In this document: piece after piece, positions 38,810-48,663 of the stretch | Position numbering within the stretch: position 1 is the first letter of the stretch | Layout: every line of letters starts with the position of its first letter | Source: an uncultured Bacilli bacterium | Lineage (GTDB): Bacteria; Bacillota_I; Bacilli_A; RF39; UBA660 | Assembly (NCBI GenBank): GCA_947626275.1 | Contig: CANQRL010000005.1 | Location: 18,992-82,991 of the forward strand | Direction: 5' to 3' | Length of the DNA: 64,000 nucleotides | Translations under genes and position numbers: made by a program | Notes under the pieces: model-generated | The model's database searches: none | The model's input: only the letters and a program-made list of their open reading frames with translations | What the model was told of the DNA's origin: nothing

Positions 38810-39847
38810 TTACACGCTTTTGACCTTCTGATAAGGTTTTAAAGTTTGAAGAAGGTAGTTAACTACCCGATCAATACTTTTTGTACTAACTTTTCTCGTT
38901 CCAATTTGATAACTAGTAATAAATAAATTTGCTTCTCTAGGTTCACAATGCATATAAATATCTAGGCTTGCAATAAAGGAAAGAACGTATCCCATCTCTT
39001 TATCTAGAGACTTTTCTAATAGTTCGTAGAGATATTCCGTATCAAAAAGGGCAGAAAAGTTTTCAAAATGATTGGTCGCTCCTCGTAAATATCCTGATTG
39101 CTGTTTGAGCTGCATTAGGAGTAGGAGGGCGTGATACAGTCTAATTGCTCGAACTAGATAGTGATTTAAAGATAAAACTCTTTGCTTTTCTACCTCTTCT
39201 ATGGAATCGTAATTGCGGAATATATCAAAGCCATAATGCTCTCTTGTCATTGGTGTTAATTCGGCGTAATAGATAGATGGGTTAAACCCGTACTTGAGAT
39301 AATTTTCTACATGACTAGCTTCGTGTAAAAGAGTAATGGCATCTTGGACAGTATTGATACAATTAATCAAAATATAATACTCATCCCTATGCAAAAAGTA
39401 ATTTTTTCCTAAAAAAATAGATGGATTCGCAAGATAGCGAAATTGGATTCTTTCTCCTTTTCCAGTAATTTTTCGAAAATAGTTATAATCGTTTGGTTCT
39501 TTTCTTCGCATATAAGTTTTTGCTAAATCTACTGCTGCAGCTTCTCCATAGGAAGAAAGGTTGGGAATAGGAAGTTCGAGCTCTAATTGATGGAGTTGTG
39601 CTCCAAAGTAGAGAATGGCATCAATTTCTTCTTTGCGAGTGGCTGGCTGAAAATGATTAATTGCTTTTTTGAATTGATAGGAGTTAATAGCAGGGGTATC
39701 TTCTTGTAAGATATCACTTACATCAGCTAACATCTCATCATAGACAAAAACGGCAGCTTGACTTTCTGCACTTCGTGAATTGATACAAAAGTTTCTTTTT
39801 TCTTCTATGTCTTCTAATTGCCAACCGTACCGCATAACTTCCTCCAA
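38810..39847 (-). CDS. Zincin-like metallopeptidase-domain protein
   Basis: TLLHEASH with a downstream Glu (YAELTP); TTG start. Confidence 0.55.
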   Translation of the reverse strand: MEEVMRYGWQLEDIEEKRNFCINSRSAESQAAVFVYDEMLADVSDILQEDTPAINSYQFKKAINHFQPATRKEEIDAILYFGAQLHQLELELPIPNLSSYGEAAAVDLAKTYMRRKEPNDYNYFRKITGKGERIQFRYLANPSIFLGKNYFLHRDEYYILINCINTVQDAITLLHEASHVENYLKYGFNPSIYYAELTPMTREHYGFDIFRNYDSIEEVEKQRVLSLNHYLVRAIRLYHALLLLMQLKQQSGYLRGATNHFENFSALFDTEYLYELLEKSLDKEMGYVLSFIASLDIYMHCEPREANLFITSYQIGTRKVSTKSIDRVVNYLLQTLKPYQKVKSV

Positions 39848-39882
39848 GTGCTTATTTTATCATCAACAATAGGGAAAGTCAA

Positions 39883-40305
39883 TTAATGAATAGTATTACA
39901 AATTCCTTCAATAGGCTCGTAAAAACAATGGCTTTTGTACTGCCCTGCTAGAGGTTGATCATACCATTTTGGTAAGCAAGCATTCGTTCCTGGAGCATAA
40001 AACCATAAAGCATTGGTAGCAGGGTGGTAATATTCGCCTTTTATGACTCTATCTGCAAGGTTTCTTTCTTTCGTCGTAGGGGACCCATAAAAGAGAGTAC
40101 TAGAAGTACTACTGTATCCTCCTGGATTTTGGTTGATGACTTGCGTAAGCGTTGTTAGGTTCTTAAAGGTATAACAGTCGGCAAGAACTCTATTGACGGT
40201 AACATTTCCAACCATAAGCATTCCAAGGGCACCCTCCCCAAGCGCTTCTGCTCTCATGAGTCTAGCTAAAAGATCTCTTTCTGCATTTGTATATTTAATA
40301 ACCAT
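39883..40305 (-). CDS. cwlJ: Spore cortex cell wall hydrolase (CwlJ family)
   Basis: LLARLMRAEA.GEG..GMLMVGNV..NRV, ALWF, W......G.YK.HCFY.P. Confidence 0.85.
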   Translation of the reverse strand: MVIKYTNAERDLLARLMRAEALGEGALGMLMVGNVTVNRVLADCYTFKNLTTLTQVINQNPGGYSSTSSTLFYGSPTTKERNLADRVIKGEYYHPATNALWFYAPGTNACLPKWYDQPLAGQYKSHCFYEPIEGICNTIH

Positions 40306-40392
40306 CTTATCACCAGTATATTATATGTTTTTATGCTTGAATAATTTAGGTGATTATGCTATAATGGACATTGTCAACCGGGAAAAATTCTT

Positions 40393-40466
40393 AGGGGTGT
40401 AGTTAAATGGTATAATAACGGTCTCCAAAACCGCTGTTGGGAGTTCGATTCTCTCCACCCCTGCCA
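40393..40466 (+). tRNA. tRNA-Trp(CCA)
   Basis: AGGGGTG/CACCCCT acceptor, CTCCAAA loop, G73, CCA. A27-C43 mismatch. Confidence 0.95.
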
Positions 40467-40790
40467 TTTAAGAAGAATAAGTAGTAGTAATGCTACTTTT
40501 TTTATTTAATTTATTACTATAAAATTGTTTCAGGGTATTCTTATCAACGTTTTTATTTTTTTATTGCTATTCTCCAAGACCCTTCAAAATGTGTCAAAGT
40601 TTCTAAATAATAACCTGTTTTATCATCCTATTCATCTAATACTTTTTAATTTTATGAGTACTTAATTTGCTAGAACATCTATAAAAAATCGAACAAAAAA
40701 GCGAGAATATTTCTCGCTTTTAACATTTCTGTTCGAAATTAATGATACAAAAATATGTCTCATGTATTTCTTCCCTAAGTAATGTAGTAA

Positions 40791-42596
40791 TTACAATGAT
40801 TCGTAATAGTTCTTTATATAAGCAGCCATTAATTTACGTCTCTGCTTCAAAAATTTATTATAATTTGTATATGTATAATTCAATATACTTTCTGGAATAC
40901 AATTAGAAGATAGATTTTCATCAAATTCTTTTTTGTTTTTAACCAAACCCAACTTATTATCTTTAGTGCATTTATTTAATACATCATTAAAATAAACTTT
41001 TGGGGCTGTATCCGATATACCGATGTTGTCTGTTGTATCTATCCATGCATAATTACATACTTGATTATATTTTTCTTTATCGGTAATTCCATTTTCAATT
41101 AGATAATTTTTTGGAAAAATATGGTGAATATTACCTGTAATCTTTATTAATGCTTCAATTTCTTTGGATGATGCAAATAAAGAGTGTGCTTTATTCTTAA
41201 TTTGAGCAGCACAATATATTAAATATGCTGGTGATAAACTATTGCTTGTTTCTAAATCATGAATTAATATAGAATTCCAAAAATCATTATTCAATTGTGT
41301 TGATTCAATTTCATTAAAATAATTAACAAAGCCTTTTTCTTTTATTCTTTTTAAATCTTGATCAATTATTGTTTCACTCGAACCAGAATATCTTCTTAAT
41401 AATAATGACATAATATACCATCTTTGAATATAATTACTAATTTGAGTTTTGGGCATTATGTTTTCTTGTTTTAATAATAAATACATTGTATAGGCGCTAT
41501 TAATGGTAGATTGAGAATTAACGAGTTTTTTATACTTTATACCAGTTCCCTCGATGTAAACATTAAACTCTTTGAAGTTATAAGCATTAACAAAATTAAG
41601 GATACCTTGTTTTAATGTCTTAAAAGTTTCATCTGCAACTTCTGGATCAAAAGATTTCGTTTTAAAATTTCTTCCTGATAATAATTCAGATAATCTTTTT
41701 AATAAGCCATCGTTAAATATATGTGCATAACTAACTCTTAAAACATCATTATATGTGGGAGCATAAATAATCTTGTCCGTAACTTTTCCTAACCATTTAA
41801 TTGCTTCATAGTACTCTGTTTTGGCAAACTCTGGATCTTTTGATGGAATATCTAAAATATGTCTATTATCTTGTATTCCTCTACAAAAATAATCAATCGT
41901 CTTCCATAAATATTGACCTTCATGTGTTTCGTCTGTATTTATTTTGGCCATTATGTAATCCTCTTGTCCAAGTTTTGTCCCTTTACTGTTCATCAAATTA
42001 AAAATGTTTGATGCTTCACTCATAGTTAATGTTGAGTGAAGATTTATTCTGCCTATTTCTCTCGAAACTATATTTTCAACTTTCTGTATTCTGGCTAATA
42101 AATCGTTTTTTGTCATGTCCGGATTCTTTTCAACATACTCATCAATAAAATTAATTAATTCAATTCTTGGATCTTTAAAGAAAATTGATATATCTTTAAT
42201 CCATTTTGAATTTTTATCATGAGTTGGATTATAAGTTTCAAATTTTTCGGTAAATGGATTATACGAAACGATAAACCTTCTATAACTATAATCTTTATAA
42301 ATAACTTCTTCTCCAAGAAGGGCTGTTCTTAATGCCGTTATTCTTTGCTGCCCATCTATTATTATTTTTCTCCCAGCACTAGGTCTGCCATCTTTTATTC
42401 TTGCATTATCATTTGTCCAAATAACAATAAAACCTGTTGGCAAACCATTATATAAGGAGTCAATTAAATCAGTTATTTTTTTGGGTTCCCATACAAACGG
42501 TCTTTGCAATTCAGGAATAGCAACATCTCCACTAGAAATGTATCCTAGAATGTTTTTGACTGTATCAGATGTAACATTATACTTTTCAAAATTCAT
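40791..42596 (-). CDS. GmrSD-like restriction endonuclease (DUF262 plus HNH-like C-terminus)
   Basis: IPELQRPFVW, IIDGQQR, F..MNSKG..L, IHHIFP..., N......N. Confidence 0.85.
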   Translation of the reverse strand: MNFEKYNVTSDTVKNILGYISSGDVAIPELQRPFVWEPKKITDLIDSLYNGLPTGFIVIWTNDNARIKDGRPSAGRKIIIDGQQRITALRTALLGEEVIYKDYSYRRFIVSYNPFTEKFETYNPTHDKNSKWIKDISIFFKDPRIELINFIDEYVEKNPDMTKNDLLARIQKVENIVSREIGRINLHSTLTMSEASNIFNLMNSKGTKLGQEDYIMAKINTDETHEGQYLWKTIDYFCRGIQDNRHILDIPSKDPEFAKTEYYEAIKWLGKVTDKIIYAPTYNDVLRVSYAHIFNDGLLKRLSELLSGRNFKTKSFDPEVADETFKTLKQGILNFVNAYNFKEFNVYIEGTGIKYKKLVNSQSTINSAYTMYLLLKQENIMPKTQISNYIQRWYIMSLLLRRYSGSSETIIDQDLKRIKEKGFVNYFNEIESTQLNNDFWNSILIHDLETSNSLSPAYLIYCAAQIKNKAHSLFASSKEIEALIKITGNIHHIFPKNYLIENGITDKEKYNQVCNYAWIDTTDNIGISDTAPKVYFNDVLNKCTKDNKLGLVKNKKEFDENLSSNCIPESILNYTYTNYNKFLKQRRKLMAAYIKNYYESL

Positions 42597-42757
42597 TATT
42601 GAGCCTCCTTATTATTAGAAATCCAATCATATGAATTAATTGCCATGTCGATGAAGGGCATTAATGACATAATAATATTTTCAAATAGCGGCTTATCATA
42701 GCTTTCTAGCAAATTTTGATCTGAAGATCCTGCAATTGCATGTTTAATTTTCAACAT
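42596..42757 (-). CDS. Unannotated 53-aa ORF coupled to the GmrSD-like gene
   Basis: TGnTATAAT promoter, GGGGAGGT RBS, TAATG stop/start overlap. Confidence 0.65.
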   Translation of the reverse strand: MLKIKHAIAGSSDQNLLESYDKPLFENIIMSLMPFIDMAINSYDWISNNKEAQ

Positions 42758-42840
42758 CTTACTACCTCCCCTAGTAACTATATTATAGCATAATATAAGA
42801 TTAATAATTTAACTATTTTATGATGTATAATTTCGGCCTA

Positions 42841-43125
42841 GATGCCATGTATTTATCTACTAATTGGTGTAAATATTTCACATAATTCATTTGTGTAGGA
42901 TTTGATAGAGGAAAGGACTCTGTTAATGTAGGTAGACGTGCTGATATAAAAAGTATTGAAATGACTGCACCTGATGCCAGAAAAGGTTATAAGTTTGTAG
43001 GATAGAAACCTATTGAACCTACGGTTTATAGCTATGGTGATGATATAAAAATTACGGTTCCAGCATTTGAAACTTTATATGAATCAAATATAGATTCAAA
43101 AATAGAAAAAAGAAACACAAAATAG
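42841..43125 (+). pseudogene. Remnant of an InlB B-repeat-type surface protein
   Basis: APDARKGYKFVG*K, with TAG where Trp is expected; further in-frame stop at 42883. Confidence 0.45.
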
Positions 43126-43201
43126 TGTTTTTTTTAAAATCTACTTTTAAGGGGTGTCAATATGCTAGTAAAAGGTTTAATATATAAGAAGAGGTGGTAA
43201 T

Positions 43202-43624
43202 ATGGATAATTTAGATAGATTCATAACGGCTCAAAGACTGGATTATGATAAAGCTTTTAATGAAATTAAAAATGGTAAAAAGTTGACTCATTGGTCATGG
43301 TATATATTTCCACAATTGAAAGGGTTAGGCTCCAGTGCAATGGCCGAATATTATGGAATTGAAGATTTAAAAGAAGCTAAATTATATTTGACTAATGAAT
43401 ATTTAAAAAATAATTTAATTCAGATATCCCAAGCACTGTTACATTTAAGGACGAATAATCCAACAGAAGTGTTGGGATATCCTGATGATTTAAAAGTGAA
43501 ATCCTGTATGACGCTATTTTATTGTGCTGATTCTAGTATTACCGTCTTTAAAAAAGTGATAGATAAATTTTATGGTGGAGAATTGGACAATAAAACTATT
43601 TTATTGTTAGATCAACGAAAATAA
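43202..43624 (+). CDS. DUF1810 family protein
   Basis: LDRFI.AQ, HW.WYIFPQL.GLG.S, PDDLK..SCMTLF. Confidence 0.9.
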   Translation: MDNLDRFITAQRLDYDKAFNEIKNGKKLTHWSWYIFPQLKGLGSSAMAEYYGIEDLKEAKLYLTNEYLKNNLIQISQALLHLRTNNPTEVLGYPDDLKVKSCMTLFYCADSSITVFKKVIDKFYGGELDNKTILLLDQRK

Positions 43625-43638
43625 CGAGGTGAGGGGAT

Positions 43639-44679
43639 ATGATGTATAAAGAATTAAATGAGGGAGCAAAAAAATACCTTGGTAAAGAACTAAAAATAAA
43701 GTTTTTTAAAAAATTTGACTCTGAAGAATTATTTAAAAGATGTGAAAAAGAAATGGACATCCTTTGTGAGAGAGATTTACTTTTTGTTATTGAACATTTA
43801 TATCGATTTAAAAAAGAAAATAAAAATGTTAAGTATCATTTTAGAGGTACTATCAATAATTTGTTACTTTTATATATACTAGATATAAGTTATGTTAATC
43901 CCTTAGAATATAACTTACCCTATGAGTTATTTAGTGATAAAACGATTAATGTTGATATAATTAATGAGCCTAGTATTCTTTTTATCAATTATTTAAATAG
44001 ACAAGCAGAGAATTTTAAAATAGTTCATGGTTTTTTTGTAAAAGAAGATATAAGAGAAGTTAATAAACTTTTAGAAAACCATTATTTATTATTGCCATGT
44101 GGTTACCTAGATAATCATATGTTATTAAGATTTAATGATTTAGATACATTAGAAACGATTAATGACTATAGAGATTATAAAGATCAATATGTAACTATCA
44201 GAATCGATGAAAAAGATGTTATAAGAAATGACAAGATATGTCTTGATAATATATTTACGAATGATTTCGAAAGAGAAATAGCTAAAATTTTAAAACCTAA
44301 AACTGTAAATGATTATATAAAAATTAAAAGTATTGCTCATGGTACGGATGTATGGTTAAATAATCAAAATCAATTAGTGAAAGAAAAAAAGATAAATTTA
44401 AAGAATTTAATCGCAACACGAGAAGATATATTTGAATACCTATTAGACCATAAATTAGAATGGGATATGGCTTTAGAAATTACAAATTTTATTCGAAAAG
44501 GTAGAGCCTTAAGGTCACCTAATAAATGGGATGAATATGTTAAAGCAATGAAAGAATACCATTGTGAAGATATGGTTATAGATATATTTTCAAAGATATT
44601 ATTTATTTTTGGAAGAGGCCAAGCAGTAAGTGAATGCTTATATGCTTTAGATAAAAATAATTATGTAGATATGGATTAG
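43639..44679 (+). CDS. Truncated, degenerate PolC-derived protein
   Basis: RGT....LLY.L.IS.VNPL, AHGTDVWLNN, IATREDI..YL, A..I...IRKG resemble PolC palm and fingers segments. Confidence 0.7.
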   Translation: MMYKELNEGAKKYLGKELKIKFFKKFDSEELFKRCEKEMDILCERDLLFVIEHLYRFKKENKNVKYHFRGTINNLLLLYILDISYVNPLEYNLPYELFSDKTINVDIINEPSILFINYLNRQAENFKIVHGFFVKEDIREVNKLLENHYLLLPCGYLDNHMLLRFNDLDTLETINDYRDYKDQYVTIRIDEKDVIRNDKICLDNIFTNDFEREIAKILKPKTVNDYIKIKSIAHGTDVWLNNQNQLVKEKKINLKNLIATREDIFEYLLDHKLEWDMALEITNFIRKGRALRSPNKWDEYVKAMKEYHCEDMVIDIFSKILFIFGRGQAVSECLYALDKNNYVDMD

Positions 44680-44827
44680 GGAAATTAAAATGTTTTTATG
44701 TTCCAAATAAACTGCAACAATTATTTTGTTGAGCTGACCATTATAGAAGCCTTCGATTTATTATACGCGATGTAAAAATATGATATAATGAGGGGGATAT
44801 AATGTTTAGTAATTTTTAGGCATAAGG

Positions 44828-45796
44828 GTGAAAGAAATGAAAATAAATACTAGTGAACAATTAAAGAAATTAAAGGATAACTATTTTTATGGGGAACTTC
44901 CTACCATGAAAGATTCCACAATAGAATTCAATGGCAAGAACAATATATTCGTTTGTGAAGAAGGCGTTGTTCTTGAAAATTCTAGAATAGCTTTTAATAG
45001 TGATAACTCCATTATTTATCTATCTAAAAATAATCATACTTATAAGTTAAACGTGACAACATTTTATAATAGTGTTCTTTTTATAGGCCGTAACAATTAC
45101 ATAAACAATACTGTGACGATGGTTTTGTCAGAAGAAAAAAATATCATTATCGGCAATGATGGTATGATGTCTTTAAATGTTTGGTTTAGAACTTCGGATG
45201 TGCATTTGCTTTATAACATAGATGATGAGAAAAGAATCAATAAGAGTAAAAGTATATATGTAGGGGACCATGTTTGGCTTGGACAAAATTGTTTTTTACT
45301 AAAAGGAACAATGATTGGTTCTGGTTCTATGATAGGTGCTAATGCACTATTATCCAATAAGAAAATTCCATCTAATGTTGTCGCAACTCAACAAGGAGTA
45401 TTAAAAACGGATACCTTTTGGGATCCTAGTTCATCCCATAATTGGAATAAGAAAAAGACAAAAGAATGGGAGCACTATCCAAAAAATGCTAAAAATTATA
45501 TTTTTGAATCGGATAAAAAGAATATTTCTTTTGAAACAATTGAAGATAATTTACAAAATATCGATAATGTTCAAGAGAAATACCAATACCTATTAGATAC
45601 TTTAGTTCCTGCTAATAAAAACCGGTTTTATATAGAGAATACACAACAACAAATGACAGATGCTTCTGTACCTAATAGACTTTATACAGTGAAGAAAAAG
45701 AATAAATTTACCAAAATGTGGCAAAAGATCAAGTTAAAAATTACTAAAATATTGCAAAAAATAAAAAGAAAAATGAAAAGAATATTATTAAAATGA
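44828..45796 (+). CDS. Hexapeptide-repeat O-acetyltransferase-like protein
   Basis: TSD.H, IYVGDHVWLG, LKG..IG.GS.IGA. Confidence 0.8.
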   Translation: MKEMKINTSEQLKKLKDNYFYGELPTMKDSTIEFNGKNNIFVCEEGVVLENSRIAFNSDNSIIYLSKNNHTYKLNVTTFYNSVLFIGRNNYINNTVTMVLSEEKNIIIGNDGMMSLNVWFRTSDVHLLYNIDDEKRINKSKSIYVGDHVWLGQNCFLLKGTMIGSGSMIGANALLSNKKIPSNVVATQQGVLKTDTFWDPSSSHNWNKKKTKEWEHYPKNAKNYIFESDKKNISFETIEDNLQNIDNVQEKYQYLLDTLVPANKNRFYIENTQQQMTDASVPNRLYTVKKKNKFTKMWQKIKLKITKILQKIKRKMKRILLK

Positions 45797-45883
45797 AGTC
45801 CCTTTTTCTATAAAATCCCATATCTTTAAGAGTAATCTTGTTCAAATGGTTAATGGGTTGATTTCTAAAGGAGAGGATTGCTA

Positions 45884-46813
45884 ATGATAATTAATACAGG
45901 AATGAGAACCGATATTCCAGCTTTTTATTCTGAATGGTTATTGAATAGAATAAAAGAGGGATATGTGTATGTTAGAAATCCTTATTATCGGCATCAAGTG
46001 ACGAAATATCGTTTAAATCCTAGTGTTGTTGATTGTTTAGCGTTCTGTACGAAAAATCCTCATCCATTAATCGATTATTTAAATGAATTAGACCAGTATA
46101 AGCAATTTTGGTTTGTAACGATTACTCCTTATGGTAGAGATATAGAGCCAAATGTTCCCGATAAAAAGCAAGTGATAAGTGACTTTAAAAAACTATCGGA
46201 ACATTTAGGGAAAAAAGCGGTTGCTCTTCGCTATGATCCTATATTTATTAGTGATAAGTTTGATGTTGATATGCATATTAAGTGTTTTGCTAAATTATTG
46301 AGTGAACTAAAAGGATATACAGGGGATTGTACCATTAGTTTTATAGATATGTATGAGAAGGTAAAAAGAAATGCACCTGATTTAAGACCACCAACGGAGA
46401 AGGAACAAATAGAAATTGCTAAAGCGTTTTCTAAAATAGGAAAGCAAAATAATATCACTGTCCATGCTTGTTGTGAAAAAGAATTTTTGAAAGATTATGG
46501 ATTGGATATAACAGGATGCATGAGTCAAGAAATCGTGGAAAAGGCAATCGGTAATAAATTGAATGCTCCTAAAAATAACAGTAAGAGAATGCAATGTCAT
46601 TGCTTAATGGGAAATGATATCGGAGCCTATAATACCTGTATGCACTTATGTAAGTACTGCTATGCGAATGCCAATCCAGAACTGGTAAGAGAAAATAGAA
46701 AAAAACATAATCCTAATTCGCCTTTTTTAATCGGTGAATTAGAAAAAGAAGATAAAGTAACGGAAGCGAAACAACAAAGTTGGGTTAGCAAGCAAATCAG
46801 CTTTTTCTTTTAA
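45884..46813 (+). CDS. DUF1848 family protein
   Basis: RTDIPAFYSEW, TKNP, RYDPI, DIGAYNTC.H.C.YCYA. Confidence 0.9.
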   Translation: MIINTGMRTDIPAFYSEWLLNRIKEGYVYVRNPYYRHQVTKYRLNPSVVDCLAFCTKNPHPLIDYLNELDQYKQFWFVTITPYGRDIEPNVPDKKQVISDFKKLSEHLGKKAVALRYDPIFISDKFDVDMHIKCFAKLLSELKGYTGDCTISFIDMYEKVKRNAPDLRPPTEKEQIEIAKAFSKIGKQNNITVHACCEKEFLKDYGLDITGCMSQEIVEKAIGNKLNAPKNNSKRMQCHCLMGNDIGAYNTCMHLCKYCYANANPELVRENRKKHNPNSPFLIGELEKEDKVTEAKQQSWVSKQISFFF

Positions 46814-46914
46814 AATGCATTTGTCTTTCTAAGAGCCTATTGCATTTCTCTAAAATTGAGGTGTCATTATGCCTCAAATACTGCTATAATAAAGCTATTG
46901 ATGGAGTTGATTGT

Positions 46915-47694
46915 ATGTCTTTAGATTTTGAGAAACAAGTTCAATTATTCATGATTTTTGATGTTTTAGGGGATACCGAAAGAACAGGACCACTCCTTTG
47001 GTGTATTTCAAGAAAACGATTAGAGGATGTCAAAAACCATATTTTAGATTTAATTCTTATCGCTAGAATTCTAAGAAATCACTTACCTTCTTATATTGAT
47101 TTTGATAAATTGACGGATTATATTATCTGCCATGATTTACCAGAGGCGATTACTGGGGATATTACCAAATTTGAGGGAGTGAGTGAGGAAGAAATCAATC
47201 GAGTGACACAGATAGCCGTTCAATTTTTGCAGAATCATTTTGGGCATATTATGGATTTTGAAAAAAATATCAGAGCTTTTGAGACTGGGGAAGATATTGA
47301 AGCTAAGATTGCTAAAATGATTGATAAGATTCATTCTTCTACTACTTTTATCAAGTATCAAAGCGAAGCGAATGTCGATATGAATAATCCTAATGTTTTA
47401 CCAAAATTGCGAAATCATCCTTTTGTCGTTCAAAAAATGGCGGAAGGAAAGGATTTAGCAGACACCTTTTTTGAATTTCATATTCGTTCCGTTCAAATAA
47501 CTGATGAGGAATGCGAAAAATATGGAATTTCTAAAATAGAGGGAGAACATATTGTGGAAGTTTTAAAGTCTTTTGCAGAGGAGTTTTATAAACAGAAATG
47601 TGAGAAAACACTATTTGATATTTATCAATCTTTTCCTAAAGAAGCTATGAAATATAACCGAAATCAAAAGAAAGAAAATGACCCAAAAGAATAG
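46915..47694 (+). CDS. HD domain protein (HDDC2/YfbR-like)
   Basis: RTG, E.V..H, HDLPEAITGDI, DK. Confidence 0.8.
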   Translation: MSLDFEKQVQLFMIFDVLGDTERTGPLLWCISRKRLEDVKNHILDLILIARILRNHLPSYIDFDKLTDYIICHDLPEAITGDITKFEGVSEEEINRVTQIAVQFLQNHFGHIMDFEKNIRAFETGEDIEAKIAKMIDKIHSSTTFIKYQSEANVDMNNPNVLPKLRNHPFVVQKMAEGKDLADTFFEFHIRSVQITDEECEKYGISKIEGEHIVEVLKSFAEEFYKQKCEKTLFDIYQSFPKEAMKYNRNQKKENDPKE

Positions 47695-47799
47695 TTAAAA
47701 GCACAAATAAAATAAGATAGAAAAGGAAAAATCTTGTTGTTAAATTCGACAATGGGATTTTTTTATTCTTTTTTATGATATAATGGATATGGTGATGAT

Positions 47800-48663
47800 A
47801 TGTATAAGATTTTGAAGAATGAACCGATTGGAGAAAAAATCTTCTTATTAGAAGTAGAAGCTCCTTTGGTTGTTAAAAATTGTCTTCCTGGTCAATTTGT
47901 CATTGTCATGGCAAAAGAAGACAGTGAAAGAATTCCCTTAACTATTTATGATTATGATAGAGAAACCTCTATTCTTAGTATGATTTATCAGGTCGTTGGA
48001 GCCTCTACTTTAGAACTAAGTAAGACGGAAAATGAACTATTTAGTGTGGCTGGTCCATTAGGAAAACCTAGTGAAGTGGTTACTGATATAGAAAAGTATC
48101 GGGGTAAGAGAATTGTTATGATTGGGGGAGGAGTAGGAATTGCTCCTGTTTATCCTCAAGCAAAATATTTTACAGCTCATGGCTTAGAGGTAGATATTAT
48201 TTATGGAGCGAAAAATAAGGAGCTATTAATCATTTTAGATAAACTTAAGAGTGTATGTCAAAATTTAACCGTTGTAACCGATGATGGTTCTTCTGGAAAA
48301 CAGGGTTTAGTAACAGATGCCTTAAAAGAAAAACATGACTATGACTTATGTATTGTCATGGGATCTACGGTGATGATGAAGTTTGTATGTGCTTTAACGA
48401 AGGAATTAAACATCAAGACCATTGCTAGTATGAACCCTATTATGGTAGATGGTACTGGTATGTGTGGTGCCTGTCGACTTCTTGTTAATAACGAAGTAAA
48501 ATTTGCTTGTGTCGATGGACCAGAATTTGACGGTCATTTAGTAGATTTTGATGCTGCTATGAAACGAATGAATTTATATAAGGATGAAGAGGGTAGAAGA
48601 TACTTAAAAGCATTAGAAGGGGATACTCACTCTGGTCATTGTGGGAATTGTGGTGATGAATAA
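47800..48663 (+). CDS. NfnA/SudB-like FAD and [2Fe-2S] subunit
   Basis: PGQFV, ERIPLTI, GGGVG, DGTGMCGACR, CVDGPEF. Confidence 0.9.
   Translation: MYKILKNEPIGEKIFLLEVEAPLVVKNCLPGQFVIVMAKEDSERIPLTIYDYDRETSILSMIYQVVGASTLELSKTENELFSVAGPLGKPSEVVTDIEKYRGKRIVMIGGGVGIAPVYPQAKYFTAHGLEVDIIYGAKNKELLIILDKLKSVCQNLTVVTDDGSSGKQGLVTDALKEKHDYDLCIVMGSTVMMKFVCALTKELNIKTIASMNPIMVDGTGMCGACRLLVNNEVKFACVDGPEFDGHLVDFDAAMKRMNLYKDEEGRRYLKALEGDTHSGHCGNCGDE

Noticed and set aside
40470-46813. Intact prophage or ICE
   Set aside because: No integrase, structural or conjugation genes, and no att repeat seen.
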